A stretch of DNA of 64,000 nt from Parcubacteria group bacterium Gr01-1014_17. GTDB lineage: Bacteria > Patescibacteriota > Minisyncoccia > Phycocordibacterales > UBA10002. The position numbers were made by a program, and so were the translations under genes. Location: NCBI GenBank assembly GCA_007376285.1, contig VMFZ01000001.1:11033-75032 (forward strand), in the 5' to 3' direction. This document shows positions 1 to 11,700 of this stretch, piece by piece; the stretch's first letter is position 1; each line of letters starts with the position of its first letter. Under the pieces are notes generated by a model, which was not told the origin of the DNA, made no database searches, and worked only from the letters and a program-made list of their open reading frames with translations.

Positions 1-20
1 TTATCTTAACATAATCTACT

Positions 21-293
21 ATGGCACATAAAAAAGCCGGCGGTTCGGCAAAAAATCTAACAAAACGAAACCCGCAATTCCTAGGCACGAAACTCTATGG
101 TGGCGAGGCGGCGCGTATTGGAAATATTATTGTGCGCCAGCGCGGCACGAAAATTATTCCGGGTAGGAACACCGGACTCGGCAAAGACCATACCATTTTT
201 GCATTGAAAGACGGCACGGTTGCATTCAAAGACAAACGCAAAACCCGCTACGACGGCAGTATTGTCGTCCGCAAAGTGGCCGAAGTTATTTAG
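21..293 (+). CDS. rpmA: 50S ribosomal protein L27
   Basis: [10 protein letters not shown]-terminus; [11 protein letters not shown] and GKDHTIFAL motifs. Confidence 0.97.
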   Translation: MAHKKAGGSAKNLTKRNPQFLGTKLYGGEAARIGNIIVRQRGTKIIPGRNTGLGKDHTIFALKDGTVAFKDKRKTRYDGSIVVRKVAEVI

Positions 294-729
294 CGGTAAC
301 GACAACTGTACACGCACCTTTTGCATCTCCTGCAACAATTTCAATTGTGTGCTCGCCCACTGTTTTAATAGGATGCGCGGATTTAAGAAACTCTGGCGAT
401 ACGACGATGCCAGTTTTTTCTTTTATTGCCTTCGTGATTTCGCTTTCGTGAATAGCGGCAAAAAGGTGCCCTTGTTCATTTGCTTTTGCAGAAATCTCTA
501 CACGAACACCCTCAAGCGTTTTAAGATTTCTCGAGAGTGTTTCTGCGCTCGCGACTTTGTTTTCTTCGGAAAATTTGCGCGCCGCTTCGGCGCGCGTTAC
601 CGCGGAAGCCGTTGCGGCTTCTGCTAGGCGGCGCGGAATTAGGGAGTTCTGCGCAAAGCCGTCTGCGACATTTTTCACCTCCCATTTTTTCCCGACTTTC
701 GTGACATCTTGAAGTAAGATAACTTTCAT
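286..729 (-). CDS. rplI: 50S ribosomal protein L9
   Basis: [15 protein letters not shown]...[12 protein letters not shown]; 147 aa. Confidence 0.95.
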   Translation of the reverse strand: MKVILLQDVTKVGKKWEVKNVADGFAQNSLIPRRLAEAATASAVTRAEAARKFSEENKVASAETLSRNLKTLEGVRVEISAKANEQGHLFAAIHESEITKAIKEKTGIVVSPEFLKSAHPIKTVGEHTIEIVAGDAKGACTVVVTAK

Positions 730-2000
730 AAATTCAGTAATTGTATCGCCTTATCCATCTGCGGGTCGCGACTTTTTTCTATATCCTCTTGCGTGAGCGC
801 AACTTCCACATCCGGCGTGAGCCCGTTTTTGGAAATAGAAACGCCGTTTGGAGTGAGCCATCGCGCAATTGTTACTTTAAGCGCCGTGTCAGGCGTTACA
901 TTCACCAGTTCTTGCACGCTCCCCTTCCCAAATGTCTTAACGCCAACGAGTTTTGCAATTCCATGCTCGCGCAAAGCACCGGCAAGAATTTCCGACGCTG
1001 ACGCTGAACCAGCATTCACTAGTATCGCCATTTTTAGATTTTTGTTGAATACATCATATCCATGGCTCCGATACACGCGATTCTCTCCATTGCCTCCATG
1101 GTCTTCCGTTACAATCGTCTCTCCGACAGGCAAAAAGAAACTGGCGAGGTCAACGGCAACTTCCAAAAAACCGCCTGGATTGCCACGCAAGTCAATTATG
1201 AGCTTCGTAGAGCGGCTTACGATGAAATCGCGGAGCGCATCGCGAAACATTTGCGGAGCCGCCGATGAGAAATTGTAGAGCTTGATGACAAACACACCGT
1301 TCTCGCGCAATCCGTTCCCTTGCGCAGTCGTGGTCGATGTATCTCCCGCTTTTTTCGGAGACGCCTTAAACTCTGTGTCAATTGTCGGAATCGTAATAAT
1401 ATCGCGCGTAACTGACACTTCGAACGGCGCGCGTTTGCCGTTTCGAATAATAGTTAGCCGCACGGCAGTGCCTTTCTTGCCGCGAATCAAGCGCACTGCT
1501 TGTTCCGTTTTAAGCCCTGCGGTTACCGTATCGTCAATTTTGATAATTTTGTCTCCCGGCTGGAGCCCCGCGGCGGCGGCCGGAGTGCCTTTCAGTGGTG
1601 CCACAATTACAATCACGCCATCGCGCGAATCAATTTCCATTCCGACGCCCTCAAAACTTCCGTTGATTTCGCTCTGAAACATTGCGGCTTCCTCTGGCGG
1701 CATAAACACGGTGTATGGGTCTTTAAGCGACGCGGCAAGACCTTCAATCGCTCCCCATACTTTTTCCTGCGATGTGGTAGTCGCATTCCCCACATACTTT
1801 TCATTCAAAACATTCCACGCTTTCCAAAACGGCGCGAAGTCGGTCTCGGCGGGTATTCCTTCTGTTTTGTTCGCAAGCTCAACCGCCTTTTCAATCGCCG
1901 GTCGGCGCGTCTCGCCAAACTTCGCTCCTGCAAAAAACAGCGCCGCCGCGAGCACGAGCGCAAACGCATACTGCGCCCCGCGATTCTTCTTTTGTTCCAT
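726..2000 (-). CDS. C-terminal processing peptidase (S41 family, PDZ domain)
   Basis: N-terminal TM; DPYT, GVG PDZ, IDLRGNPGG, SASASEI and TFGKGSVQ motifs. Confidence 0.93.
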   Translation of the reverse strand: MEQKKNRGAQYAFALVLAAALFFAGAKFGETRRPAIEKAVELANKTEGIPAETDFAPFWKAWNVLNEKYVGNATTTSQEKVWGAIEGLAASLKDPYTVFMPPEEAAMFQSEINGSFEGVGMEIDSRDGVIVIVAPLKGTPAAAAGLQPGDKIIKIDDTVTAGLKTEQAVRLIRGKKGTAVRLTIIRNGKRAPFEVSVTRDIITIPTIDTEFKASPKKAGDTSTTTAQGNGLRENGVFVIKLYNFSSAAPQMFRDALRDFIVSRSTKLIIDLRGNPGGFLEVAVDLASFFLPVGETIVTEDHGGNGENRVYRSHGYDVFNKNLKMAILVNAGSASASEILAGALREHGIAKLVGVKTFGKGSVQELVNVTPDTALKVTIARWLTPNGVSISKNGLTPDVEVALTQEDIEKSRDPQMDKAIQLLNL

Positions 2001-2041
2001 AGCGCTCTATTGTCGCAAAAAACCAAATGTAAGTCAAAAAA

Positions 2042-3247
2042 TTAATAGCTTTTCAATTTCTTCGCCTTATCGTGTTGTCGGATTTTTTCGTGCGCTTTCG
2101 CCTCAATTTGGCGAATGCGTTCGCGTGTGACGCCGAACTTTCCTCCAACCTCTTCTAAAGTGTGTGTGATGCCGTCGGTCAACCCATGCCGCATTTCCAA
2201 AATGCGGCGCTCTTTTTCCGATAATTCCCCCAAAATCTCGCGCACCTGGTCGCGCAAAATCCGACGCGATGACTCGTGGTCGGGCGAGAGAATTTTGTCA
2301 TCCGCCACAAAGTCGCCCAGGGTTGAGCGGTCGCTGTCACCGTCGTCGCCGACGGGCGTTTCCAGTGAGAGCGTGTCTTGGTCTATTTTTTCAATTTGGT
2401 ACACCTTCTCTGTTTCAATTCCCATTTCAGTCGCAATTTCTTCTGGCAACGGGTCGCGCCCTAAATCCATAGAAAGCCGGCGAAACACTTGCTTGTATTT
2501 TGAAATCGTTTCCACCATATGCACCGGCACGCGAATGGTGCGCGACTGGTCCGCAAGTGCGCGCGTAATCGCCTGCCGAATCCACCAGGTCGCGTAGGTG
2601 GAAAACTTATACCCTTTGGTCCAATCAAACTTTTCCACAGCCTTGAATAACCCTAGGTTACCTTCTTGAATCAAGTCAAGAAGCGTTAAATCAGGTGAGC
2701 GCCCAACATATTTTTTCGCAATAGAAACCACGAGCCGCAAGTTTGCTTTTGCAAGCAAGTTTTTCGCTTCAGTATCGCCGACCGCAATCCGCTTCGCCAA
2801 ATCCTTTTCTGCTTGTGCTCCGATAAGCGGGTACTGCCCGATTTCGCGGAGGTATATTTGAATTGAATCGTGCGATGAGCCGCTCTCTTCGTGCCTGCCG
2901 GCATACACAGGTTTTGCTGGAGCGCTTTCTGTCAAATTTAGCATTCCACCGCTTTCAAGCACATCCACGCCCGCCTGATGCAACCGTTCATACAGCGTAT
3001 CCAAAAAAAGAATATCTTCTTCTATATTAGGAAACTCGCGTAAAATCTCATCGTAGGTTACAAATCCGCGTTCCTTGCCCTTTGCCAAAAGGCGCTCCGC
3101 GCGCGCGCCACCATCTTTCTTGCGCGCCTGCGCTTTCGTCGGTGCCGAGCGCCGCCGCGCAGGCGTGCTCCTTTTTGCGTGCTTTCGTGTGGGGCGCGCC
3201 TTCTTTTTTAGGTGTTTTTTATTCGTCTTCTTCGCTTTTTTCATCAT
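2042..3247 (-). CDS. rpoD: Primary RNA polymerase sigma-70 factor
   Basis: [45 protein letters not shown]; Lys/Arg-rich N-terminal tail. Confidence 0.95.
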   Translation of the reverse strand: MMKKAKKTNKKHLKKKARPTRKHAKRSTPARRRSAPTKAQARKKDGGARAERLLAKGKERGFVTYDEILREFPNIEEDILFLDTLYERLHQAGVDVLESGGMLNLTESAPAKPVYAGRHEESGSSHDSIQIYLREIGQYPLIGAQAEKDLAKRIAVGDTEAKNLLAKANLRLVVSIAKKYVGRSPDLTLLDLIQEGNLGLFKAVEKFDWTKGYKFSTYATWWIRQAITRALADQSRTIRVPVHMVETISKYKQVFRRLSMDLGRDPLPEEIATEMGIETEKVYQIEKIDQDTLSLETPVGDDGDSDRSTLGDFVADDKILSPDHESSRRILRDQVREILGELSEKERRILEMRHGLTDGITHTLEEVGGKFGVTRERIRQIEAKAHEKIRQHDKAKKLKSY

Positions 3248-3271
3248 AAAAAATGATTATAGCACAAACCA

Positions 3272-4993
3272 CTATGCCGATGAAGCACGCTTAATTTCCT
3301 CAATCCGCATACGAAGCGATTGAAGTTGCGTCAGAAGTTCCATTCGGCGCGCTTCGTCGGCAGTTCCTCGTTCCGTAACGGTAAGTTCGTTAAGTATTTT
3401 TGCGGATTTTCTTTCTAATTCTTCCTTTTCAATATGAAACAGTAGCACACGCACTTCTTTTTCAAGAGACGGCACCTCGGCGAATCGCGCTTCTGCTTCA
3501 AAAATATGCGTATCTCGCTCGTTTTCCCCGAGTGCCGAAAGCAATAATGAGAGTTTTCCTGAAATTGCGTTTATCTCTTCTTTTAATTTCTCCGTATCAA
3601 CTTTTCGCTCTCCCTCTGGAAGTTTCTCTTGCCAAAATATAATACCGGCAAGAAGACGAACTGCTTCTGGAACAGCGTTCCCGACTTTGTTTGTTGGGAG
3701 TTGGTTGTTGGGAGTTGGTTGTTGCACCGGCAAACGCTTCAAATCATCCCAAACCGCATCCTCGCGCACCTCAAGCGCTCCCGCAATTTCCTTCACAAAT
3801 TCCGCGCGCTCAATTGCGCTCTTGATGTCGCGTACAAACGGGAGCACTTCGTCGCGCAAAAGGCGCGCGCGCTCCCGCCCTGTTTTCGCGCGCGTAAGCG
3901 CGCGCTCAAAAAGAAACCGCACAAAATGCATACTGTTTTTAATCCCATGTGCAAAATCCGCCGGATTTTTCCAAATGATATCCGCTGGGTCTTTTCCGCC
4001 AGAGAGCGCCGCGATTTTCACCGCCATTCCCTTTTGCAGTGCCGCAGAAACCGCGCGGAGCGCTGCCTTTTCCCCAGCCGCATCCACATCGTATGCAAGC
4101 AGAAGATTTTCAGAAAACCGCCGCAGAAGATCTAAATGTTCGTGAGTCAGCGCTGTGCCGGATGCCGCGACTGCATTTTCAAACCCCGCCTGATGGCACA
4201 TAATCAAATCCACTTGACCTTCTACCAAAAGCGCGTAGCCGCGCTCGCGAATCTTGTGTTTTGCGCGGTGGATGCCGTAGAGCGCCGACGACTTGCGCCA
4301 CACTTCCGTCTCGGGCGAATTCACATATTTCGGAGTACCCTCTTCTTCTTTCCCAAAGATGCGCCCAGAGAACGCAATCACGCGACCTGCGGAATCAAAA
4401 ATCGGAAACATAATCCGATTGCGAAACACATCATATGGCTCGCCTTTTTTCTCAACCGACTGTTTAATAAGCCCCGCGCGAAAAAGCTCCTGCTCGGAAA
4501 ACTTTTTTGCAAGCAAATGCGCGCGAAGCGCGCGCCAAGAATCCGGCGCAAACCCAATGCGCCACATCTCTATAGTTTTAGGCAACACGCCGCGCTCAGT
4601 GAGATATTTGCGCGCGTCCGCGCGCAAAGCAAACTCTCCTTCAAAAAACCGTGTCGCTTCCTCAAGCGCTGCAAACAAACGGTCGCGGGCATCATTTTCT
4701 TGCGCGTGAAAGCGAGTAAGAGGCACACCAGCACGCTCGGCAAGAATTTTTAAGGCACCTTTGAAATCGACCCCCTCCATCTTTTCCACAAAAGAAAAGA
4801 TATCGCCTTTTTCCCCGCATCCAAAACAATAAAAAGAACCGCGCGATGTCGATACGAAAAACGACGCGGTCTTCTCGTGATGGAGCGGGCACTTTGCCTT
4901 CAAGTTCGCGCCAGCGCGCTCCAGCTTCAGATATGCTCCCACGACCTCTTCCGCTCCCAATCGCGCCTTTATTTCTTCAACAGGAGATGACAT
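3272..4993 (-). CDS. dnaG: DNA primase
   Basis: CHC2 zinc finger (CPLH...CFGC), FRNRIMFPI, KYVNSPET, TOPRIM EGQVD. Confidence 0.96.
   Translation of the reverse strand: MSSPVEEIKARLGAEEVVGAYLKLERAGANLKAKCPLHHEKTASFFVSTSRGSFYCFGCGEKGDIFSFVEKMEGVDFKGALKILAERAGVPLTRFHAQENDARDRLFAALEEATRFFEGEFALRADARKYLTERGVLPKTIEMWRIGFAPDSWRALRAHLLAKKFSEQELFRAGLIKQSVEKKGEPYDVFRNRIMFPIFDSAGRVIAFSGRIFGKEEEGTPKYVNSPETEVWRKSSALYGIHRAKHKIRERGYALLVEGQVDLIMCHQAGFENAVAASGTALTHEHLDLLRRFSENLLLAYDVDAAGEKAALRAVSAALQKGMAVKIAALSGGKDPADIIWKNPADFAHGIKNSMHFVRFLFERALTRAKTGRERARLLRDEVLPFVRDIKSAIERAEFVKEIAGALEVREDAVWDDLKRLPVQQPTPNNQLPTNKVGNAVPEAVRLLAGIIFWQEKLPEGERKVDTEKLKEEINAISGKLSLLLSALGENERDTHIFEAEARFAEVPSLEKEVRVLLFHIEKEELERKSAKILNELTVTERGTADEARRMELLTQLQSLRMRIEEIKRASSA
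3691..3724. repeat. 14-bp tandem repeat (ttgttgggagttgg x2.4) inside the dnaG linker, encoding QQPTPNNQLPT
   Basis: Directly visible in sequence. Confidence 0.75.
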
Positions 4994-5011
4994 CGCACAT
5001 ACTATACCACT

Positions 5012-8000
5012 TTATTCTTTTTCTTCCACCGCCTCATACGCGGCTTCTTGCGCCGCGCGCCGCGCGGCGCGTTCGTTTTGCATCGCGGTAATGCGCGCGG
5101 TTTTGGGGCTGCCGGGAAAACCAGTGCCTGCGGGAATCAAACGGCCGATAATCACATTTTCCATAAGCCCCTGCAGGCGGTCCACGCTTCCGCGCGAAGC
5201 CGCGCTAATCAAGACGCGCGTCGTGTGCTGGAAAGACGCCGCGGCTAGGAAGTTGCGGCGTGAGAGCGACACTTCCGAAATACCCATCACTGCCGGTTCC
5301 GACTTTGCCTCACTTCCCCCACGCTTCACCACTTCCTCATTTTCCGCATCAAACTCGCGCTGGTCTACTATATCGTTTGCAGAGAAAGTCGTGTCGCCCG
5401 CGTCCTTCACCACAAGCCGCGAGAACATCTGACGGATAATCACTTCAATATGTTTGCGCGATACGCTCTCGCCCTGCAATTCGTACGGTTTTGAAATTTC
5501 CGCAATCAAATATTCCTGAGCGCGCTCCCTGCCTCCATATTTATACAGTTCGTCAATATCAGCTGAGCCGTCGGTCAATAAATCTCCACGCTTAACAATG
5601 CTCCCCACTTTCACTAAAGGCGTGCGACTCATACTGGTTTCATATTCCGCTACTTCGCTTTTTTTACCTTTTGCAGGTGCGTCGGGCATAAACACTATGA
5701 CACGATCTTTTCCGTCTTCTTTTATTTCAATTACCGTACCGTCCTCTGTAGCAATCACCGCTGGAATTTTTGGATGCCGCTTTTCAAACACTTCTTCAAC
5801 GCGCGGAAGCCCTTGCGTAATGTCGCCACCAACTGAGGCGGTACCGCCAGCATGGAAGGTGCGCATCGTCAGCTGGGTGCCCGGCTCGCCGATGGCTTGC
5901 GCCGCAATGGTCCCAACGGCTTCACCAAGAGCAATAATTCCGCCCTTGCCCAAATCCTCGCCGTAACAGCGCGCGCAAATACCGTGTCTTAGCGCACAAC
6001 GCAAGGGCGAGCGCACCCGAACTTCATTCACATGCGCTGCGTCCATAGAAAGGGCGTCTGACTTGGTAAGCAAATGCCCTTTTGAAAAAAGCTTTTCGCC
6101 GTCAGCACCTATAACATCAGCGGAAATCACTCGCCCTCGCGCGCTTTTTGCAAATGAAATCTCCATACCCGATGCGCCACCGCGGCTAATCACGATTGAT
6201 TCTTTGGTGCCACAATCCTCTTCGGTAATCACCGTGTCTTGCGCCACGACAAAAAGCTTGCGCGTCATATAGCCGGCCTTTGCGGTATTGAGCGCCGTGT
6301 CGGTCTGGCCTTTGCGCGCGCCGTGCGTCGTAATGAAATATTCAATCGGGGTGAGTCCTTGCTTCATAGACGACATAATCGGGATTTCAATCGTCTCCCC
6401 AGCCGTGTTCTGAATCAACCCCTTCATACCCACCATCTGCGTAATTTGCGAAAACGAACCGCGGGCGCCGGAATTTACCATGTCGTACACCGAGCCGTCT
6501 TTCGGCAAAGACGCGGGTATCAATTTTTCCACTTCATTTTTCGCCGCGTGCCATATTTCAATATTTTTCCGAATGCGTTCGCCTTCAGAAAGAAGCCCAT
6601 CGCCCCACTCCGAAAACACTCCGTCCGATTTCGCTTTTGCCTTTGCAATTACATCGCTCTTTTTCGCAGGCTCCAACACATCGTCAATACCCCAAGTTAC
6701 ACCCGACTTTGTCGCGTAGGAAAACCCGAACCCTTTTATCGCGTCCAATATTTCAGGGATGCGCGCACTTCCGTAACGCAAGATGAGGTCGTCCACCAGG
6801 GCTGCCATTCTCTTGCGGTCAACTCCTTCGTTAATAAACATATAGTCAGCAGGCAGTATTTCATTAAAGAAAATGCGTCCAGCGGTCGTCTCAAAAAATG
6901 CTCCAGTAAACGCCGCGTATTTCGGCCCTTCCTGCACACGAACTTTGATGGATGCGCGGTGGTCGATAATGTCGTGTTGGAGTGCGGCGATAACCTCTGT
7001 TGAATCGTTAAAATATAAACCGTTACCTCGTGCATTCGGTAATGCTTTTGTCACCCAATATACGCCGAGTATCATATCCAACCTATCTACTGATGCGACC
7101 ACATTACCACTTCCCGGCTTAAAGATATTTTTATCCGCCGCCATAAACTCGCGCGCCTCTAATTGCGCCTCATCCGACAAAGGCACATGCACCGCCATTT
7201 GGTCGCCGTCAAAGTCGGCATTAAACGCAGAACAGACGAGCGGATGTACTTGAATGGCGCTGCCTTCAATCAAGACCGGCTGAAACGCTTGAATGCCGAG
7301 CCTGTGCAAAGTCGGCGCGCGGTTCAATAGTACATATTTGCCGCGCGTGACTTCTTCCAAAATTGCCCACACTTCCGGAATTTGGTCTTCAATAAGCCGC
7401 CCCGCGCCGCGGATGTTGAACGCAAGTTCGCGCTTGATAAGCTCCGAGAGTACGAACGGGCGAAAGAGTTCCAGCGCCATATTTTTCGGCAAGCCGCACT
7501 GGTGGAGCTTGAGCTCCGGACCAACGACAATCACCGAGCGTCCAGAATAATCCACGCGTTTTCCCAAAAGATTTTGGCGGAAGAGACCGCGCTTCCCTTT
7601 CAAATTGTCGGCAAGCGACTTCAACTGGCGGCGCGCCGCCGGCCCTGTGCCGCCAGATGAGCTGTGTCGTATGGAATTATCTATGAGAGAATCAACCGCT
7701 TCCTGCAAAATGCGCTTTTCGTTGCGCAAAATAACTTCCGGCGCGTTTATTTCCTTCAATTTCTTCAAACGGTTGTTGCGGTTGATGACGCGGCGGTACA
7801 AATCGTTCACATCAGAAGTCGCATATCGGCCACCGTCCAAAGGCACCATCGGCCGTAGACCTGGCGGAATCACCGGAATGCGTGAAAGGAACATCCACTC
7901 GGGACGTATATCGGAAGCAATCATGCCACGCACGAGCGCCAAACGACGCGAAAGCCGCTCGCGCTCGCCGGCGCCGGCTTTTTCCTGCGCCGCTTCCAAT

Positions 8001-8710
8001 TCTACGCGAAGCGTTTCCAAATCAACATTTTTACACAAATTGTAAATCGCTTCCGCACCAATTTCCGCTTCAAAGCACGCACCGTATCGCATTGAGTAAC
8101 TATGGAACGACACCTCGTCCAACACGAGCCCGGGAACGATGCCGTCAATTTCGCGTTTCGCGCCAAGAAATCGCTCCTTGAGCGCTTCTTTTGTCTTCTC
8201 GTCGCCGAGCGACTTCACTTTTGTTTTGTATTCCGCATCAAGTTCTTTCAGAAGACGGCCGCGCTCCGCGTCGTTTACGCGCGTTACCAAGTATCCGGCA
8301 AAATAAATTACCCTTTCAACATCCAAAGAGGTCATACCGAGAAAAAGCGACAGTCGCGAAGGCAAACCGCGCAAAAACCAAATGTGGGACACCGGAGAGG
8401 CGAGGTCAATGTGCCCCATGCGTTCACGCCGTACGACCGCGCGCGTCAATTCCACGCCGCACTTTTCGCACACAATACCCTTGAAGCGGATGCCGCGGTA
8501 CTTTCCGCAATAGCATTCATAATCCTTTTCCGGACCAAAAATCTTTTCGTCAAAAAGCCCGTTGCGTTCGCTCCGTTGTGTGCGGTAGTTGATGGTCTCG
8601 GGCTTCGTTACCTCTCCTTGCGACCACTCTTTGATGCGCTCGGGTGAGGCAAGCCCGATGCGCACCGCGTCGAAGTCCAGAGGAATGCTTGATATTTGTG
8701 GACGGAACAT
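5012..8710 (-). CDS. rpoC: RNA polymerase beta' subunit
   Basis: KPETINYRT, NADFDGD catalytic motif, GEPGTQLTMRTFH. Confidence 0.99.
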   Translation of the reverse strand: MFRPQISSIPLDFDAVRIGLASPERIKEWSQGEVTKPETINYRTQRSERNGLFDEKIFGPEKDYECYCGKYRGIRFKGIVCEKCGVELTRAVVRRERMGHIDLASPVSHIWFLRGLPSRLSLFLGMTSLDVERVIYFAGYLVTRVNDAERGRLLKELDAEYKTKVKSLGDEKTKEALKERFLGAKREIDGIVPGLVLDEVSFHSYSMRYGACFEAEIGAEAIYNLCKNVDLETLRVELEAAQEKAGAGERERLSRRLALVRGMIASDIRPEWMFLSRIPVIPPGLRPMVPLDGGRYATSDVNDLYRRVINRNNRLKKLKEINAPEVILRNEKRILQEAVDSLIDNSIRHSSSGGTGPAARRQLKSLADNLKGKRGLFRQNLLGKRVDYSGRSVIVVGPELKLHQCGLPKNMALELFRPFVLSELIKRELAFNIRGAGRLIEDQIPEVWAILEEVTRGKYVLLNRAPTLHRLGIQAFQPVLIEGSAIQVHPLVCSAFNADFDGDQMAVHVPLSDEAQLEAREFMAADKNIFKPGSGNVVASVDRLDMILGVYWVTKALPNARGNGLYFNDSTEVIAALQHDIIDHRASIKVRVQEGPKYAAFTGAFFETTAGRIFFNEILPADYMFINEGVDRKRMAALVDDLILRYGSARIPEILDAIKGFGFSYATKSGVTWGIDDVLEPAKKSDVIAKAKAKSDGVFSEWGDGLLSEGERIRKNIEIWHAAKNEVEKLIPASLPKDGSVYDMVNSGARGSFSQITQMVGMKGLIQNTAGETIEIPIMSSMKQGLTPIEYFITTHGARKGQTDTALNTAKAGYMTRKLFVVAQDTVITEEDCGTKESIVISRGGASGMEISFAKSARGRVISADVIGADGEKLFSKGHLLTKSDALSMDAAHVNEVRVRSPLRCALRHGICARCYGEDLGKGGIIALGEAVGTIAAQAIGEPGTQLTMRTFHAGGTASVGGDITQGLPRVEEVFEKRHPKIPAVIATEDGTVIEIKEDGKDRVIVFMPDAPAKGKKSEVAEYETSMSRTPLVKVGSIVKRGDLLTDGSADIDELYKYGGRERAQEYLIAEISKPYELQGESVSRKHIEVIIRQMFSRLVVKDAGDTTFSANDIVDQREFDAENEEVVKRGGSEAKSEPAVMGISEVSLSRRNFLAAASFQHTTRVLISAASRGSVDRLQGLMENVIIGRLIPAGTGFPGSPKTARITAMQNERAARRAAQEAAYEAVEEKE

Positions 8711-8740
8711 ATTTTTTAAATATTTAAATCTTTAAATTTC

Positions 8741-11700
8741 TTAAGAACGGGTGCGGGGACGGGAACGAGGACGCAAACCAGCATCATTGTCGCCTTTCTT
8801 ACCGCCCTGCAAATCAGCATCAAGCGCAAGCCCGCGCAAGTTGTTCAAAAGCACGCTGAAAGATGCCGGCACGCCGCTGTAGGAAATCGGCTCGCCTTTG
8901 ACAATTGAATCAAATGCCGCGGCGCGTCCCGGAATGTCGTCAGACTTGATGGTAAGCATCTCGCGCAAGGTGTACGCCGCGCCGTGCCCCAAAAGCGCCC
9001 ACACTTCCATTTCACCGAAACGCTGACCTCCGCCTTGCGCTTTGCCGCCGAGCGGCTGTTGGGTAATCATTGAATAAGGTCCTATGGAACGCATATGAAT
9101 TTTATCTTCCACCATATGGTGGAGCTTCATAATGTACATCGTGCCGACCGCGATGTCTTGCGCAAACGCCTCGCCCGTGCGGCCGTCGTGCAACTTCATT
9201 TTCCCGCTCCGCTGAAAACCCGCCTTCTCAAGTTCGTCTTTTATTTCTGCATCCGTCGCGCCAGCAAACGGCGGCACGATCGCTTGATAGCCGAGCGAGC
9301 CCGCGGCAAGCCCTAAGTGCAATTCCAAAATTTGCCCGAGGTTCATACGCGACGGAACGCCAAGCGGGGTAAGTATGAGGTCAATCGGAGTGCCATCTTC
9401 TGTAAACGGCATTTCCTCAACCGGCAGGATTTTTGAAATCACGCCTTTGTTGCCGTGCCGCCCCGCGAGCTTGTCGCCGACCGACACTTTCCGCAATTCC
9501 GCAACTTCAATATGAATGCGCTTCAAAATGCCGCTCTCCAATTTGTCGCCGTGCTCGCGCGAAAATACTTTCACGCTGATGATGCGTCCGCGCTTGCCAC
9601 CTTCCATACGCTTTGAAGTATCTTTCACATCGCGCGCTTTTTCTCCAAACAGCGAACGCAATAGCCGTTCTTCGGGCGTCAGCTGGGTTTCGCCTTTTGG
9701 CGTAATCTTGCCGACCAAAATATCTCCTGGGCGGACTTCTGCGCCGATGCATATCACACCGTCTTCATCAAGATTTTTGAGCTTCGCTTCTCCAACATTT
9801 GGAATATCGTGCGTCGTGATTTCGGGTCCGAGCTTAGTGTCGCGCACATTTACCACAAATTCTTCAATATGGATGGAGGTGAATTTACTCTCGCGCACTA
9901 ACCGTTCTGAAATGATAATTGCGTCTTCGTAGTTCGCACCTGCCCACGACATAAACGCAACAAGCACATTGTGTCCAAGCGCCATCTCTCCACCCTCGCT
10001 TGAAGAGGTATCTGCGAGAAGTCCTCCTTTCTTTACTTTGTCGCCTACGGACACCGCAGGCCTCTGATGAAACGCAGTAAAGCCGTTGGTCCGCTGGAAC
10101 GGCACAAGTGGGTACGAGCGTTCCTTTCCTTTCACATTTTTCACAGATACGCGCCGCGCGTCTACAAATGACACAACTCCTTCTTCTTCCGCAAGCACAA
10201 GGCGCCCGGTGTCGCGCGCCGCCTTGCCTTCAATGCCGGTAGCGACCAGAGGCGCCTCGGGCACGAGACATGGCGTCGCTTGCTTTTGCATGTTTGAACC
10301 CATCAGTGCGCGGTTCGCGTCATCGTGATTCAAAAACGGAATCATTGAGGTCGTAATGGAAAACGCCTGATTGGTCGCTACATCAATCAAATTCACATCA
10401 GTCGCACGCACCATCGCCGGCGCGCCGTTTACGCGCACTTCCAATTCTTGCTCAAGTAAGCGGCCGTGTTCGTCGCGGAGCGATGCCGCGTGCGCAATCT
10501 TGTGGCCCTCTTCTTCCGATGCGCCGAAATAAACAATCTCTTTAGTAATCACGCCATCTTTCACCCGCGCGTACGGTGTTTCAATCATACCGAACTCATT
10601 CAACCGCGCATAATTTGACAAACGCAAAATGAGTCCGATGCTTCCGCCCTCAGGTGTTTGGATGGGACACAACCGCCCGTAGTGCGATGGGTGCACATCG
10701 CGCACTTCAAACCCTGCGCGCTCGCGCGTCAGGCCTCCGGGTCCAAGAGCAGACACCGTACGCAAATGCTCAATTTCCGCGAGAATATTTTCCTGTTGCA
10801 TAAATTGCGACAACTGGTTGGTCGTGAAAAACTCACGAATCCGCGCCTGTAGGGGCTTTGGGGAAATGAACTGTGACGGGAGCGTTAGGTCGGATTCAAC
10901 TGTGGACATTCTGTCTTGCAAATTGCGCTTCATTTGCGTCATACCCACGCGCACTTTTTGCTCCAGAAGCTCGCCGACAAAGCGCACGCGCCGGCTTCCA
11001 AGGTGGTCAATATCGTCTTCCACAGCGCCCGGCGTGGTGGAAAGTTTTCCGACATGCGTAACGGCGGTTACCACATCATCAAGCGATAAAGTCATTCGTT
11101 CCGACTCTTTGTCGGTCATCAGTTTTTCGAACCGGCGATTAAAACGAAACCGCCCAACCTTGGAAAGGTTATACCGGTCAACATCAAAAATTGATTTCAC
11201 AAAAGTGCGCGCGGTATCTGGTGTGGCGATCTCGCCGTCGCGGAGACGCTTGTAAATTTCCAGATACGCTTGCGATACTTCTTTTGCGTGGTCTTTCGCA
11301 AGCGTGGCCGTGATAAAGGACTCCACTGCAGTGCCGGCAAAAAGCGCCTTGATTGCATCGTCGGTTTCCGCACCCAAAATACGGAATAAAGAAGAGAGCG
11401 GGAACTTGCGCTTGCGGTCAATGCGCACATAGATGGCTCCGTCAGGGTCGGTGTCTATCTCAATCCACGCGCCGCGCGCGGGCATAATCTTTGCGCCAAA
11501 ATATTTTTTACCCTTCGCTTCTTCCGCAGTAAAAAAGACACCGAACGAGCGCGCGAGTTGCGGCACGATGACGCGTTCAACACCGGAAATAACAAAAGTC
11601 CCATGGTTGGTCATTAGCGGCACATCCGACATAAAAATCTCCTGCTCTTTTTCGGTACCCGCGAGTTTGTTTTTCAACCGCACGACAGCTTTGATAGATG